DNA of 64,000 nt, taken from positions 1,330-65,329 of the forward strand of contig CAKXHL010000002.1 in NCBI GenBank assembly GCA_934875375.1, written 5' to 3'. The notes under the pieces are model-generated. The model searched no databases. It was not told the DNA's origin and saw only the letters and a list, made by a program, of their open reading frames with translations. Below, in pieces: positions 28,794 to 38,456 of this stretch (positions are counted from its first letter, which is position 1; every line of letters starts with the position of its first letter). The position numbers and the translations under genes were made by a program. The DNA comes from an uncultured bacterium. GTDB taxonomy: Bacteria; Bacillota; Clostridia; Oscillospirales; Ruminococcaceae.

Positions 28794-28797
28794 GACT

Positions 28798-30300
28798 TTA
28801 CTCTTCTTCTGCCCAATCCAAAGCACGGCTCACAGCCTTGCGCCAGCCGCGCAGCAGCTTTTGCCGCTGCTGTTCCTGCATCTGCGGCAGATACCGTTCC
28901 TGCGGCTTCCAGGTGGCGCGGATTTCGTCCAGATCCCGCCATACGCCCACCGCAAGCCCTGCTAAAAATGCCGCGCCCAGCGCCGTTGTCTCGGCAACGC
29001 CGGGCCGCAGCACCGACCGGCCGATCATATCCGCCTGAAACTGCATCAAAAACCGGTTGGCCGAAGCGCCGCCGTCCACCCGCAGGTTTTCCAGTTCCAC
29101 GCCGGTATCCTCCTCCATCGCGTGCAGCACATCGCAGGTCTGATACGCGATGGATTCCAGCGCCGCCCGGATGATATGCTCCCGGCTGGTTCCCCGGGTC
29201 ACGCCTAATATGGCCCCTCTGGCATACATATCCCAATGAGGAGCGCCCAGCCCCGTAAAAGCGGGGACGATGTAAACCCCGCCGTTATCCGCCACCTTCT
29301 GCGCAAAATATTCCGTGTCCGCCGCTTCGGTGACAAACCGCAGCTGGTCCCGCACCCACTGGATGACCGCGCCGCCGACAAATACGCTGCCCTCCAGCGC
29401 ATAACTGATCTTTCCGCCGAGTCCCGCGGCAATGGTAGTCAAAAGTCCGTTTTTGCTGTGAACCATCTGATCGCCGGTGTTCATCAGCAAAAAGCAGCCA
29501 GTGCCGTAGGTATTCTTGGCCTCGCCCTTGAAAAAGCAAGCCTGGCCAAACAGCGCGGCCTGCTGATCCCCGGCGATGCCCGCAATCGGCACCTGCACCC
29601 CCTGGATATTGACCGTGCCGTATACCTCGCTGGAATTTCTCACCTGCGGCAGCATCTCCATCGGAATGTCCAGCTCCCGGCAGATCCGCTCGTCCCAGCA
29701 AAGATCCTTTATATTATACAGCATGGTGCGGGAGGCGTTGGTATAATCCGTGATATGCACCTTTCCGCCGGTGAGCTTCCAGACAAGCCAGCTGTCCACC
29801 GTGCCGAACAGCACCTCGCCCCGCCTGGCCTTTTCCCGAACGCCGGGCACATGATCCAAAATCCACTTGATCTTGGTGGCGGAGAAATACGCGTCCACCA
29901 AAAGCCCGGTTTTCTCCTTGATGTACGCCGTTAAATCCGGGTCTTCCTTGATCTGCTCGCACAATTTGGCAGTGCGCCGGCACTGCCAGACAATGGCGTT
30001 ATACACCGGCCGTCCAGTGGCCTTATCCCATAAAATAGTAGTTTCCCGCTGATTGGTAATGCCCACCGCCGCAATCTCCTCCGGCGTTATGCCCGTCTGC
30101 GCCAGCACTTCCATCAACACGCCATACTGGGAGGAATAAATCTCCATCGGGTCGTGCTCCACCCAGCCGGGCTGGGGATAAAGCTGCGTGTATTCTTTTT
30201 GCGCCATGCCAATCACATGCTGCCCTTTGTCAAATATGATGCAGCGGGAACTGGTGGTTCCCTGATCCAGCGCCACGATATATTGTTTCATTGTCCGCAC
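28798..30300 (-). CDS. glpK: Glycerol kinase
   Basis: [26 protein letters not shown]...[11 protein letters not shown] is the FGGY glycerol-kinase signature. 500 aa. Confidence 0.92.
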   Translation of the reverse strand: MRTMKQYIVALDQGTTSSRCIIFDKGQHVIGMAQKEYTQLYPQPGWVEHDPMEIYSSQYGVLMEVLAQTGITPEEIAAVGITNQRETTILWDKATGRPVYNAIVWQCRRTAKLCEQIKEDPDLTAYIKEKTGLLVDAYFSATKIKWILDHVPGVREKARRGEVLFGTVDSWLVWKLTGGKVHITDYTNASRTMLYNIKDLCWDERICRELDIPMEMLPQVRNSSEVYGTVNIQGVQVPIAGIAGDQQAALFGQACFFKGEAKNTYGTGCFLLMNTGDQMVHSKNGLLTTIAAGLGGKISYALEGSVFVGGAVIQWVRDQLRFVTEAADTEYFAQKVADNGGVYIVPAFTGLGAPHWDMYARGAILGVTRGTSREHIIRAALESIAYQTCDVLHAMEEDTGVELENLRVDGGASANRFLMQFQADMIGRSVLRPGVAETTALGAAFLAGLAVGVWRDLDEIRATWKPQERYLPQMQEQQRQKLLRGWRKAVSRALDWAEEE

Positions 30301-30512
30301 CTCGCCTGTCCAAATGGCCGCTTTCTTTTTATCCGGGCCGTTTTCGCCGTTTTATAATAAGGTTAGTATAACAGCACGAAAGGGGAGCTGTCCAGCCCGT
30401 CCTGGGCAAAACGCAGATTCTCCTCAAAAGCCTGTATTTCTTTTTCCAGGCGGCCAAAGCCGTACGAGTCTTTGGAAAGCCTCCTTTTTCGCCGGTTTTC
30501 GCAATTTTCCCA

Positions 30513-30542
30513 TTGACATTTTTCATCCGCCGTGTTTATAAT
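30513..30542 (+). promoter_or_regulatory. Sigma-A-type promoter of the alaS leader
   Basis: -35 TTGACA (30513-30518), 18-nt spacer, -10 TATAAT (30537-30542). Confidence 0.6.
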
Positions 30543-30548
30543 GATATT

Positions 30549-30786
30549 TGTAACAATGCGCTGAAAAGACCAGTGTCCGCCCGTTTTGCCTTTAGAGAGG
30601 AAGGCCTTTGGCTGCAAGCTTTCCCAAAGCACGGATACAAGCCATCTTGGAGCAGCGGCGTGAAAAGCGCTGACGGCTGGCCCCGTTACAGGCCGCAAAG
30701 TGACATTGCCCTTTTGGGCGGTGTAATACGGGTGGTACCGCGGAGTGTTCGCTTCGTCCCAGATCATGGGGCGGGGCGTTTTTTTG
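30549..30786 (+). promoter_or_regulatory. T-box riboswitch leader (Ala GCU specifier) controlling alaS
   Basis: AGAGAGG GA-motif. A GGCUG specifier-loop candidate. Conserved T-box sequence AATACGGGTGGTACCGCGG (30730-30743). Terminator cgcttcgtccc-agatcat-ggggcggggcg + T8 (30750-30786). Confidence 0.7.
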
Positions 30787-30817
30787 CCGCCTGGAAAATG
30801 AAAACAAAGAAAGCAGG

Positions 30818-33469
30818 ATGAACAAAATGAAATGGACAGGATTAAATGAGCTGCGCGAGCAGTTCCTCTCCTTTTTTGAAAGCAAGGGCCATACCCGCCT
30901 GCCCAGCTACCCGCTGGTGCCGATTGACGACAAGAGCCTGTTGCTCATCAACTCCGGCATGGCGCCGATGAAAAAATTCTTCCTTGGCATGGAGACCCCG
31001 CCCAACCGCCGGGTAACCACCTGCCAGAAGTGCATCCGCACGCCGGATATCGACAACATCGGCCACACCGCCCGCCACGGCACCTATTTTGAGATGCTGG
31101 GCAACTTCTCTTTCGGCGATTACTTCAAAAAAGAAGCCACCGCCTGGGCTTGGGAATTTTTGACCCAGGTGCTGGAAATCCCGGTGGACCGCCTGTGGGT
31201 GTCCATCTACCAGGATGACGACGAGGCGTTCGACATTTGGACCAAACAGGTGGGCGTAGCGCCGGACCGCATCGTCCGCCTGGGCAAAGAAGACAACTTC
31301 TGGGAGCACGGTTCCGGCCCCTGCGGCCCCTGCTCCGAAATCTATTTTGACCGCGGCCCCGAATGCGGCTGCGGCAAAAGCACCTGCGGCGTCGGCTGCG
31401 ACTGCGACCGCTACATGGAGATCTGGAACCTGGTGTTCTCCCAGTACGACAGCGACGGCGAGGGCCATTACGAGCTGTTGAGCCCGCCCAATATCGACAC
31501 CGGCATGGGACTGGAACGGCTGGCTTGCGTGATGCAGAATGTGGGCAACCTCTTTGAGGTGGATACCGTCCAGAACATTATGAAGCATATCAGCTCCATT
31601 GCCGGCGCTCATTACGGCGAAAGCGCCAAGGAGGATATCTCTCTGCGGGTCATCACCGACCATATCCGCAGCACCACCTTTATGGTGGGCGACGGCGTCG
31701 TTCCCTCCAACGAGGGCCGCGGCTATGTGCTGCGCCGCCTGCTGCGCCGGGCCGCCCGTCATGGCCGCCTGCTGGGAATCGATCATCCTTTCCTGTATCA
31801 GGTATGCGAAACGGTCATCGCCGAAAACGCTTCCGCTTATCCGGAGCTGGTGGAAAAGAAAGACTATATCATCAAGGTGCTCAAGGTGGAGGAAGAGCGT
31901 TTCTCCAAAACCATCGATCAGGGCATGGAAATCCTCAACAGCATTATGGATAAAATCAGCGCCGACCAGATCAATCAGGCCGTGTTCTCCGGCGAGGATG
32001 CGTTCCGCCTGTACGATACCTTTGGCTTCCCCATCGACCTGACCAAGGAAATCCTGGCTGAGCGGGGCCTTCCCATTGACGAGGAAGGATTCTTCCGGCT
32101 GATGGGCGAGCAGAAGAAACGCGCCCGTGACGCCCGAAAAGACGTAAGCGGCTGGGACACCGACGAAATGCTGGACGTAGAGGGCAAGGTTAAATTTATC
32201 GGCTATGAAAAAGCCCGCGGCCAGGGCAAAATCCTCGCCCTTCTGGACGAGGACGGCAAGCCCGTAGATTCCCTGACCGAAGGGATGAAAGCCACCGTCG
32301 TTCTGGATTCCACCCCCTTCTACGCCGAAAGCGGCGGGCAGGTGGGCGACAGCGGCGTAATCGTCCGCGGCAAATCCATTTTCCAGGTCAAAGACTGTAA
32401 AAAAGCGCCTACCGGACAATTTTTACATCTGGGCGTGATGAAAAGCGGCTTGATGAACGTGGGCGACGGCGTGGAAACCGCTGTGGATGAAGAGCGCCGG
32501 GTTGCCATCATGCGCAACCATACCGCCTGCCATCTGCTGCAGGCTGCCCTGCGCCAGGTGCTGGGCACCCATGTGCAGCAGGCGGGCTCCATGGTGGACG
32601 AACACCGCTGCCGGTTCGACTTTACCCATTTCTCGGCCATGACCCCCGAGGAAATCGCCCGGACAGAGGAAAAAGTCAACCAGCTGATTTTGGGCGCATA
32701 TGATGTAACCGTTACCGAAATGCCCATTGCCGAAGCAAAAAAACTCGGCGCCATGGCGCTGTTCGGGGAAAAATACGGCGAAACCGTCCGGGTCTGCAAC
32801 GTTTCCGGCAAATCGGTGGAGCTGTGCGGCGGTACCCATATTTCCAACACCGCCCGCATCGGGCTGTTTAAAATCATTTCCGAATCTTCTGTCGCCGCCG
32901 GCGTCCGCCGGATCGAAGCGGCCACCGGCGCTAATGTGCTGGAGTTGATTCGTCAGGACGAGGCGCTGCTGGCCCGTACCTGCGAGAGCCTGAAGGCCGG
33001 CAGCCCGTCGGAGCTGCCTCAGAAGGCGGAGGCCATCACCGCGCAGCTGAAGGAAAAAGAAAAGGAAATTGAAACGCTGCAGCATAAAATTGCCGATATG
33101 CGCATTGAAGGACTGTTCGAAAACGCCATGGAGGTCAAAGGCTGCAAGGTAATTTTTGCCGGATTTACCGGCACCTCTCCGGATGCGGTCAAAGCCATGT
33201 GCGATCAGGTCCGCGCCAACGCGCCGAAAACGGTCGCGGTATTTGCCTCGATCCTGGGTGAAAAAGCCACCGTGTTTGCCGCCTGCGGCGACGAAGCGGT
33301 GAAAAAAGGCGCCCATGCAGGCAACCTGATCCGCCAGCTCACCGCCAAGCTGGGCGGCAAGGGCGGCGGCCGGCCCGAGCAGGCGCAGGGCGGCGTTGCT
33401 GATATCTTTAAAATTGACGAGGCACTGGCTGAAATTCCCACTATGCTGGAAAAGATGATTCAGGACTAA
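30818..33469 (+). CDS. alaS: Alanine--tRNA ligase
   Basis: 883 aa with class-II core motifs, editing domain and C-terminal DHHA1. N-terminus MKWTGLNELREQFLSFFESKGH. Confidence 0.95.
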   Translation: MNKMKWTGLNELREQFLSFFESKGHTRLPSYPLVPIDDKSLLLINSGMAPMKKFFLGMETPPNRRVTTCQKCIRTPDIDNIGHTARHGTYFEMLGNFSFGDYFKKEATAWAWEFLTQVLEIPVDRLWVSIYQDDDEAFDIWTKQVGVAPDRIVRLGKEDNFWEHGSGPCGPCSEIYFDRGPECGCGKSTCGVGCDCDRYMEIWNLVFSQYDSDGEGHYELLSPPNIDTGMGLERLACVMQNVGNLFEVDTVQNIMKHISSIAGAHYGESAKEDISLRVITDHIRSTTFMVGDGVVPSNEGRGYVLRRLLRRAARHGRLLGIDHPFLYQVCETVIAENASAYPELVEKKDYIIKVLKVEEERFSKTIDQGMEILNSIMDKISADQINQAVFSGEDAFRLYDTFGFPIDLTKEILAERGLPIDEEGFFRLMGEQKKRARDARKDVSGWDTDEMLDVEGKVKFIGYEKARGQGKILALLDEDGKPVDSLTEGMKATVVLDSTPFYAESGGQVGDSGVIVRGKSIFQVKDCKKAPTGQFLHLGVMKSGLMNVGDGVETAVDEERRVAIMRNHTACHLLQAALRQVLGTHVQQAGSMVDEHRCRFDFTHFSAMTPEEIARTEEKVNQLILGAYDVTVTEMPIAEAKKLGAMALFGEKYGETVRVCNVSGKSVELCGGTHISNTARIGLFKIISESSVAAGVRRIEAATGANVLELIRQDEALLARTCESLKAGSPSELPQKAEAITAQLKEKEKEIETLQHKIADMRIEGLFENAMEVKGCKVIFAGFTGTSPDAVKAMCDQVRANAPKTVAVFASILGEKATVFAACGDEAVKKGAHAGNLIRQLTAKLGGKGGGRPEQAQGGVADIFKIDEALAEIPTMLEKMIQD

Positions 33470-33487
33470 ACAAAGGAGGTTTTTGGG

Positions 33488-33826
33488 ATGGATTGCCTGT
33501 TTTGTAAAATTATCGCCGGGGAAATCCCCAGCAAAACGGTTTATGAAGATGCGGAGATTCTCGCATTCTGCGACATTCAGCCGCAGGCCCCGGTTCACGT
33601 GCTGGTCATCCCCAAGGAGCACATCCCGTCGGTGGACGGCATCACCGCCGAAAACAGCGACGTGGTTGCCCATATCTTCCAAACCATTCCCAAAATCGCC
33701 GCCAGCCTTGGGCTGACCGGCGGTTATCGGGTGATTTCCAACTGCGGCGCGGATGCCGGGCAGACGGTGCCTCACCTGCATTTCCACATTCTGGGCGGAA
33801 AGCCTTTGAGCCTTACCATGGCTTAA
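33488..33826 (+). CDS. HIT-family (histidine triad) protein
   Basis: MDCLFCKIIAGEIPS...HVHLHFHILGG is the HIT motif. Confidence 0.85.
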   Translation: MDCLFCKIIAGEIPSKTVYEDAEILAFCDIQPQAPVHVLVIPKEHIPSVDGITAENSDVVAHIFQTIPKIAASLGLTGGYRVISNCGADAGQTVPHLHFHILGGKPLSLTMA

Positions 33827-33862
33827 TTTGCCTTTCCCTGTGTTTTGAAAGGAGTCTTTTTC

Positions 33863-34411
33863 ATGAATGATGCAAAAACCTATGAGTTACAGGTAGCCGG
33901 CCTCACCCGGCAGCTGCCGTTGTGCCCCATCAATGACAAAACCTCCATTGCCGCTTTTATCATGTTTTCCGACGTGGAGCTGACCGTTGCCTGCGCCACC
34001 GAGCTTTTGAAAAAGGTGCCGCAGCACGATGTAATCCTCACTGCCGAATCCAAAGGCATTCCGCTGGCATACGAGATGTCCCGTCAAAGCGGCGTCAAGT
34101 ATATCCTCGCCCGGAAAAGCGCCAAGCTTTACATGTATAACCCCATCGGCGTCGATGTCAAATCCATTACCACCGCCCGCCTGCAAACGCTGTATTTAGA
34201 TCAGCACGATCTGGAATATCTGCACGGTAAACGGGTGCTGGTGGTCGATGACGTCATCAGTACCGGCGAGTCGCTCAATGCGCTGGAGGAGCTGGTCCGC
34301 AAGGCCGGCGGCACCATTGCGGGCCGTGCGGCTGTGTTGGCGGAAGGAGATGCCGCCCAGCGGGACGATATCCTCTTTCTCGCTCCGCTGCCCATCTTCA
34401 CCAAAGAATAA
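33863..34411 (+). CDS. Phosphoribosyltransferase-family protein (type I PRT fold)
   Basis: VLVVDDVISTGESL is the PRPP-binding motif. Start MNDAKTY. Confidence 0.65.
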   Translation: MNDAKTYELQVAGLTRQLPLCPINDKTSIAAFIMFSDVELTVACATELLKKVPQHDVILTAESKGIPLAYEMSRQSGVKYILARKSAKLYMYNPIGVDVKSITTARLQTLYLDQHDLEYLHGKRVLVVDDVISTGESLNALEELVRKAGGTIAGRAAVLAEGDAAQRDDILFLAPLPIFTKE

Positions 34412-34425
34412 ATTCCATATGCAGA

Positions 34426-34458
34426 AAGCGCCTGGTTTTTCTCCAGGCGCTTTTTTTC
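34426..34458 (+). terminator. Rho-independent terminator
   Basis: aaagcgcctgg-tttttct-ccaggcgcttt followed by TTTTT. Confidence 0.8.
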
Positions 34459-34554
34459 GAAAAGGGCGCCAAACCTTTTCTTCCCTTGGAAAATCTGTTA
34501 TGATCGAAACAGGATATGACAAAATGCGCCGAACAAAAGGAGGAGGTAGCCGCT

Positions 34555-36666
34555 ATGAAAAGACCGCTGTGCTGGATCAGTCTGGGCTGCTTTGCCGCCG
34601 CAGCGGCCTTTTGCTCTTTTTATCCGGCAAAAGAATGGGTTTTCCCGGCCATCGCCCTGTTTGGATTGTCCGGCTTATTCTGCCTTCTTTCCACCCGTAC
34701 CCGGCCGGCCGCGATTTTTTCCTTTTCCGCCGCTTTCATGTTGTTGTTTTGCCTTTTGTACGGGCGTCTTTTTGCCAAACCCGCTCTGGACCTGTCCGGT
34801 CGTACGCTCTCTTTGTCCGGCACGGTTCTGGAGACCGGACGCGCCTGTTTCCTGCTTGACGGCGAGACCGAAAGCGGTCAATCCCTGAACGTACAGGTCT
34901 GGTGCAGCAGCGATATGGTGCCAAACCGGTACCAGCAGTTTTCCGGCATAATCGCGTTGTCCGAAATCACCTCCACCGACCGGTTTGACAGCGAAAGCTA
35001 TTATCGTTCCCGCGGCGTTTACCTGCAGGGCGATCTTCTGTCCGGCAGCTTTTACGACCCATCCCGCTTCTCTGTGACCACCTTGCCAGGTCGCCTTAGC
35101 GACCTTGTCTGCCAAAAAATCCGCTTGCTGCTGCCGCAGGAGTACAGCGGACTGGTCTGCGCGGTGGTGCTTGGCAGCCGTACAGACCTGCCGGACGAGC
35201 AGTATGAGCTGTTTCAGCAGCTGGGCATTCAGCATCTTTTGGCGGTCAGCGGTATGCATCTGGCGCTTCTCACCGGAATGTTCTCTCTTCTTTTGAAGCG
35301 GCTTTTTCGCTCAGACCGCCTTCGAATTCTTTTTTCCATGGCTTTCGTGCTGTTTTACATGCTCTTGACCGGCATGAGCCCCAGCGTATCCCGCGCCGGC
35401 ATCATGCTGCTTTTGTCCTTTCTGGCCCAGCTCGTTTCCCGGCGGGCCGATGCGGCTGTCAGCTTGGCTGCGGCAGTCCTGCTCATGCTTTTGTATAATC
35501 CCTTTCTCGCCAGGAATACCGGCTTTTTGTTTTCGGTTTTCTCCACCATCGGCGTGCGGATCCTGGCGGGGCCTTTGAGTGAAAAAATTTTGTCTTTTCC
35601 CAAGAAACGGCCGCGCCAAAACCGGTTCCGCCGCCTCACCCAATCCTGCTGCGTCGCTTTGTGCGGCTATGCCTGCGCGGCGCCGCTAACGGTATGGTAC
35701 GACTCTTGCCTAATCCCCATGTCCATTCCTGCCAACCTGCTGCTCTCCCCTTTGTTTACACCGGTTTTGGCCGTGGCAGCCGGATTGGCGGTTTTTTGCG
35801 CCGTTCCGCTGCTGGGTCCGTTTTTCGCTGTTCTGGTACGGTTTTTGGCCGGATTGTTTTTACAATCTGCCGCTTTTCTGTCCCGCGTCGGCCCTCCGCC
35901 TGTTTTCTGCAGCGGCCCCGCGCCTTTTATCGCCGTTTTCTCGCTGGCCGCCGCAGTCGGATACGGTGCCCTTAAGGCGAACCGCAGGCAGCTCGCCGCC
36001 GCGTTGTGCATCGCTGTCGTGATTGGCGGTACCACCGTCAGCACCCAGGCGCTGGTGCAAAACCGGCAGATTCACTGTTACACCGCAGCCTTTGAAAAGA
36101 AGCTGCTGCAAATCTTTTCCTATGGAGGCCACGCTATTGTCATCGGCCACCTGTCAGGACAGGCCCAGATTGAACAAGCGGTGCTGGAACTGCAGCAGGA
36201 GAACGTCCACACAATCGACGCCTTGATCCTGCTGCCGGCGGGCGGCAGCCCGCGGGTTTCCCTTGCCGCACTGACTACCCGGTTCGAGGTTGGCACCGTC
36301 GCCTGCCCATCGGAGGACAATCTCTCTACCCAGGCGGCGGAGAGCCTGGCCGGTATCGCTGTCCACGATTTTTCCGACCTCGCCCTGAGCTTCTGGCAAA
36401 ACGGCAGCATCCGCCTATACCGCAAAGGAATGGTCAGCGTCTGCATCGGGGCAAAAAAGCTGTTAATTTTGCCAGCGGATTGTGCTATACTGTATGAGGA
36501 AGAGTCCCGTTGGGATTTAGCGGTCACCTCCTGGGACACAGCACCGCCGCTTCACGCAGATGCGGTGCTGTGCGCAAGACCATTCTGGGGAAAGGAAAAC
36601 CAAAATCCCAATGCGTGGCTTTTGTCCTATGGCCGGGGCATCCGGTTCCGGCTGTCCGCCGGATGA
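34555..36666 (+). CDS. comEC: ComEC/Rec2-family DNA internalisation competence protein (C-terminal nuclease domain degenerate)
   Basis: RBS AAAGGAGGAGG. DUF4131-like N-terminus and a Competence domain (HLLAVSGMHLALLTGMF...). C-terminal region lacks HxHxDH. Confidence 0.8.
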   Translation: MKRPLCWISLGCFAAAAAFCSFYPAKEWVFPAIALFGLSGLFCLLSTRTRPAAIFSFSAAFMLLFCLLYGRLFAKPALDLSGRTLSLSGTVLETGRACFLLDGETESGQSLNVQVWCSSDMVPNRYQQFSGIIALSEITSTDRFDSESYYRSRGVYLQGDLLSGSFYDPSRFSVTTLPGRLSDLVCQKIRLLLPQEYSGLVCAVVLGSRTDLPDEQYELFQQLGIQHLLAVSGMHLALLTGMFSLLLKRLFRSDRLRILFSMAFVLFYMLLTGMSPSVSRAGIMLLLSFLAQLVSRRADAAVSLAAAVLLMLLYNPFLARNTGFLFSVFSTIGVRILAGPLSEKILSFPKKRPRQNRFRRLTQSCCVALCGYACAAPLTVWYDSCLIPMSIPANLLLSPLFTPVLAVAAGLAVFCAVPLLGPFFAVLVRFLAGLFLQSAAFLSRVGPPPVFCSGPAPFIAVFSLAAAVGYGALKANRRQLAAALCIAVVIGGTTVSTQALVQNRQIHCYTAAFEKKLLQIFSYGGHAIVIGHLSGQAQIEQAVLELQQENVHTIDALILLPAGGSPRVSLAALTTRFEVGTVACPSEDNLSTQAAESLAGIAVHDFSDLALSFWQNGSIRLYRKGMVSVCIGAKKLLILPADCAILYEEESRWDLAVTSWDTAPPLHADAVLCARPFWGKENQNPNAWLLSYGRGIRFRLSAG

Positions 36667-36782
36667 CGGGCTATGCCCCCGCGGCCCAAATCAGCCGCCA
36701 AAAAGGAGCGCCCCTCTTTTTTGCAAAGACAAATCGCGCCCGATATCAATAGAATCCTCACTCGGAAAGGAGGCACTTTGCC

Positions 36783-37838
36783 ATGCGTTTGGAAAAAGAA
36801 CAGGACCTGCTGCGGCATTTAAAAGAAGATGCCTGCCTGCCGGTTTACCTTTTGTACGGCCAGCAAAGCTATCTTGTACGGCTGTACGCCAAAAAACTGC
36901 GGGAAAAAGCGGTCCCTCCTTCTTTGATGGATTTGAATTTCACCTATTTTGAGGCTTCCCGCACCAGCGTTGACGAGGTATCCGACGCATTGGAAAGCAT
37001 TTCCTTTTCCGGCGGCACCCGCTGTGTGCAGCTGACCGATCTGGATGCGGACAAGCTTTCTGCCGCCGAATGGGCCAAATGGAAAGAGCGGCTGTCCGCC
37101 TTTCCCGAAGATACCGTGCTGATTCTCAGCCAGCAGAATATCCCGGTGGACCCCAAAAAATCCTCCCGATGGCGCGCAATCCTCAAATCGGTGGAAGAAT
37201 CCGGCGCCTCGGTGGTGCTGGACGGGCGCTCCCGCCGGGAAACCGTGCGGTTTTTAACCGCCCTGTGCCAGAAAAACGGCTGCACCATCTCCCCTGCGGC
37301 GTGCGAGTCCCTCATAGACCGATGCGGCGACGATATGCTGGTGCTGGGGCAGGAGGTCCAAAAGCTGTGCGCCTACCAGGGCGAGGGGGAAATTCCCGCT
37401 TCGGCGGTGGAAAAGCTCTGTATCCGCCAGCTGGACGCCAATGTGTTCGACTTAGCCCGCCGGATTCTTGCCAAAAACCTCTCCGGCGCGCTGGAAAATT
37501 TGCAGGAACTGTTTGACATGGGCAGTGAACCGCTGGCTGTTTTGGGCGCGCTGAACACCTCCTTTATTGATTTGTACCGCTGCAAAACCGCGCGGGAACA
37601 AGGCCTTGCAGCCGCTGACGTCACCGCCGCCTTTTCCTATAAAGGCAAGGAATTTCGGGTCCGCAACGCCATGCGGGATACCGACCGGTTTTCCCGGCGG
37701 CGGCTGGCCCGCTGCATTTTCCTCTTGGCCGAGACCGATTACCAGCTGAAAAGCAGCCGTACCGATTCCCAGATTCTGATGCAGGAGGCGGTAACCCGCC
37801 TGTTTTTGGCGCTGCACCAACAGGAGGGCGGCCTATGA
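36783..37838 (+). CDS. holA: DNA polymerase III delta subunit
   Basis: 351 aa, N-terminal YLLYGQQSYL... AAA-lid-like pattern. Downstream of comEC as in Bacillus comE-holA. Confidence 0.75.
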   Translation: MRLEKEQDLLRHLKEDACLPVYLLYGQQSYLVRLYAKKLREKAVPPSLMDLNFTYFEASRTSVDEVSDALESISFSGGTRCVQLTDLDADKLSAAEWAKWKERLSAFPEDTVLILSQQNIPVDPKKSSRWRAILKSVEESGASVVLDGRSRRETVRFLTALCQKNGCTISPAACESLIDRCGDDMLVLGQEVQKLCAYQGEGEIPASAVEKLCIRQLDANVFDLARRILAKNLSGALENLQELFDMGSEPLAVLGALNTSFIDLYRCKTAREQGLAAADVTAAFSYKGKEFRVRNAMRDTDRFSRRRLARCIFLLAETDYQLKSSRTDSQILMQEAVTRLFLALHQQEGGL

Positions 37839-38437
37839 TTCACCTGCGCCAAGCCGTCGTCGTCGAAGGCAAATACGATAAAATACGCCTGTCCGCTTTG
37901 GTGGACGGCCCGATTCTGGTGACCAACGGGTTCCGCATTTTCAAAAACCGGGAACAGCTGGCGCTTTTGCGCCGTCTGGCCCGGCAGGATGGGATCCTGA
38001 TTCTCACCGATTCCGACGCGGCAGGTTTTAAAATCCGCAACTATATCAAATCGGCCGTTCCAAACGGCAGGATTTATCATGCTTATATTCCGGAAATTTT
38101 GGGGAAAGAGGCCCGTAAAGACCACCCGTCCAAAGAAGGGACGCTGGGAGTGGAGGGAATGGACCTGCAGATCCTTGCCGCCGCGCTGCAAAAAAGCGGC
38201 GTGCTGTTCGCCGAGGGGCCGAAAAAGGACCCGGTCACCCGGATGGATTTTTACGAAAACAGCCTTTCCGGCAGGCCGGATAGCAGCCAAAAGCGGCTGT
38301 CCCTTCTGCGGGAGCTGAACCTGCCGCACTATTTGTCGGCTGCCGCGCTGCTGGAAGCGGTCAACGCCCTGATGAGCCGGGAGGACTTTCTTCGGCTGCT
38401 GGATCGGCTGGACGCCGCCGGGCCCCAGGAAAAATAA
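37835..38437 (+). CDS. TOPRIM-type DUF4093 / ribonuclease M5-like protein
   Basis: AVVVEGKYDKIRL...ILTDSDAAGFKIR is a TOPRIM core. ATGA overlap with holA. Confidence 0.5.
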   Translation: MIHLRQAVVVEGKYDKIRLSALVDGPILVTNGFRIFKNREQLALLRRLARQDGILILTDSDAAGFKIRNYIKSAVPNGRIYHAYIPEILGKEARKDHPSKEGTLGVEGMDLQILAAALQKSGVLFAEGPKKDPVTRMDFYENSLSGRPDSSQKRLSLLRELNLPHYLSAAALLEAVNALMSREDFLRLLDRLDAAGPQEK

Positions 38438-38456
38438 CCGCGAGGGGGAGGATGTT

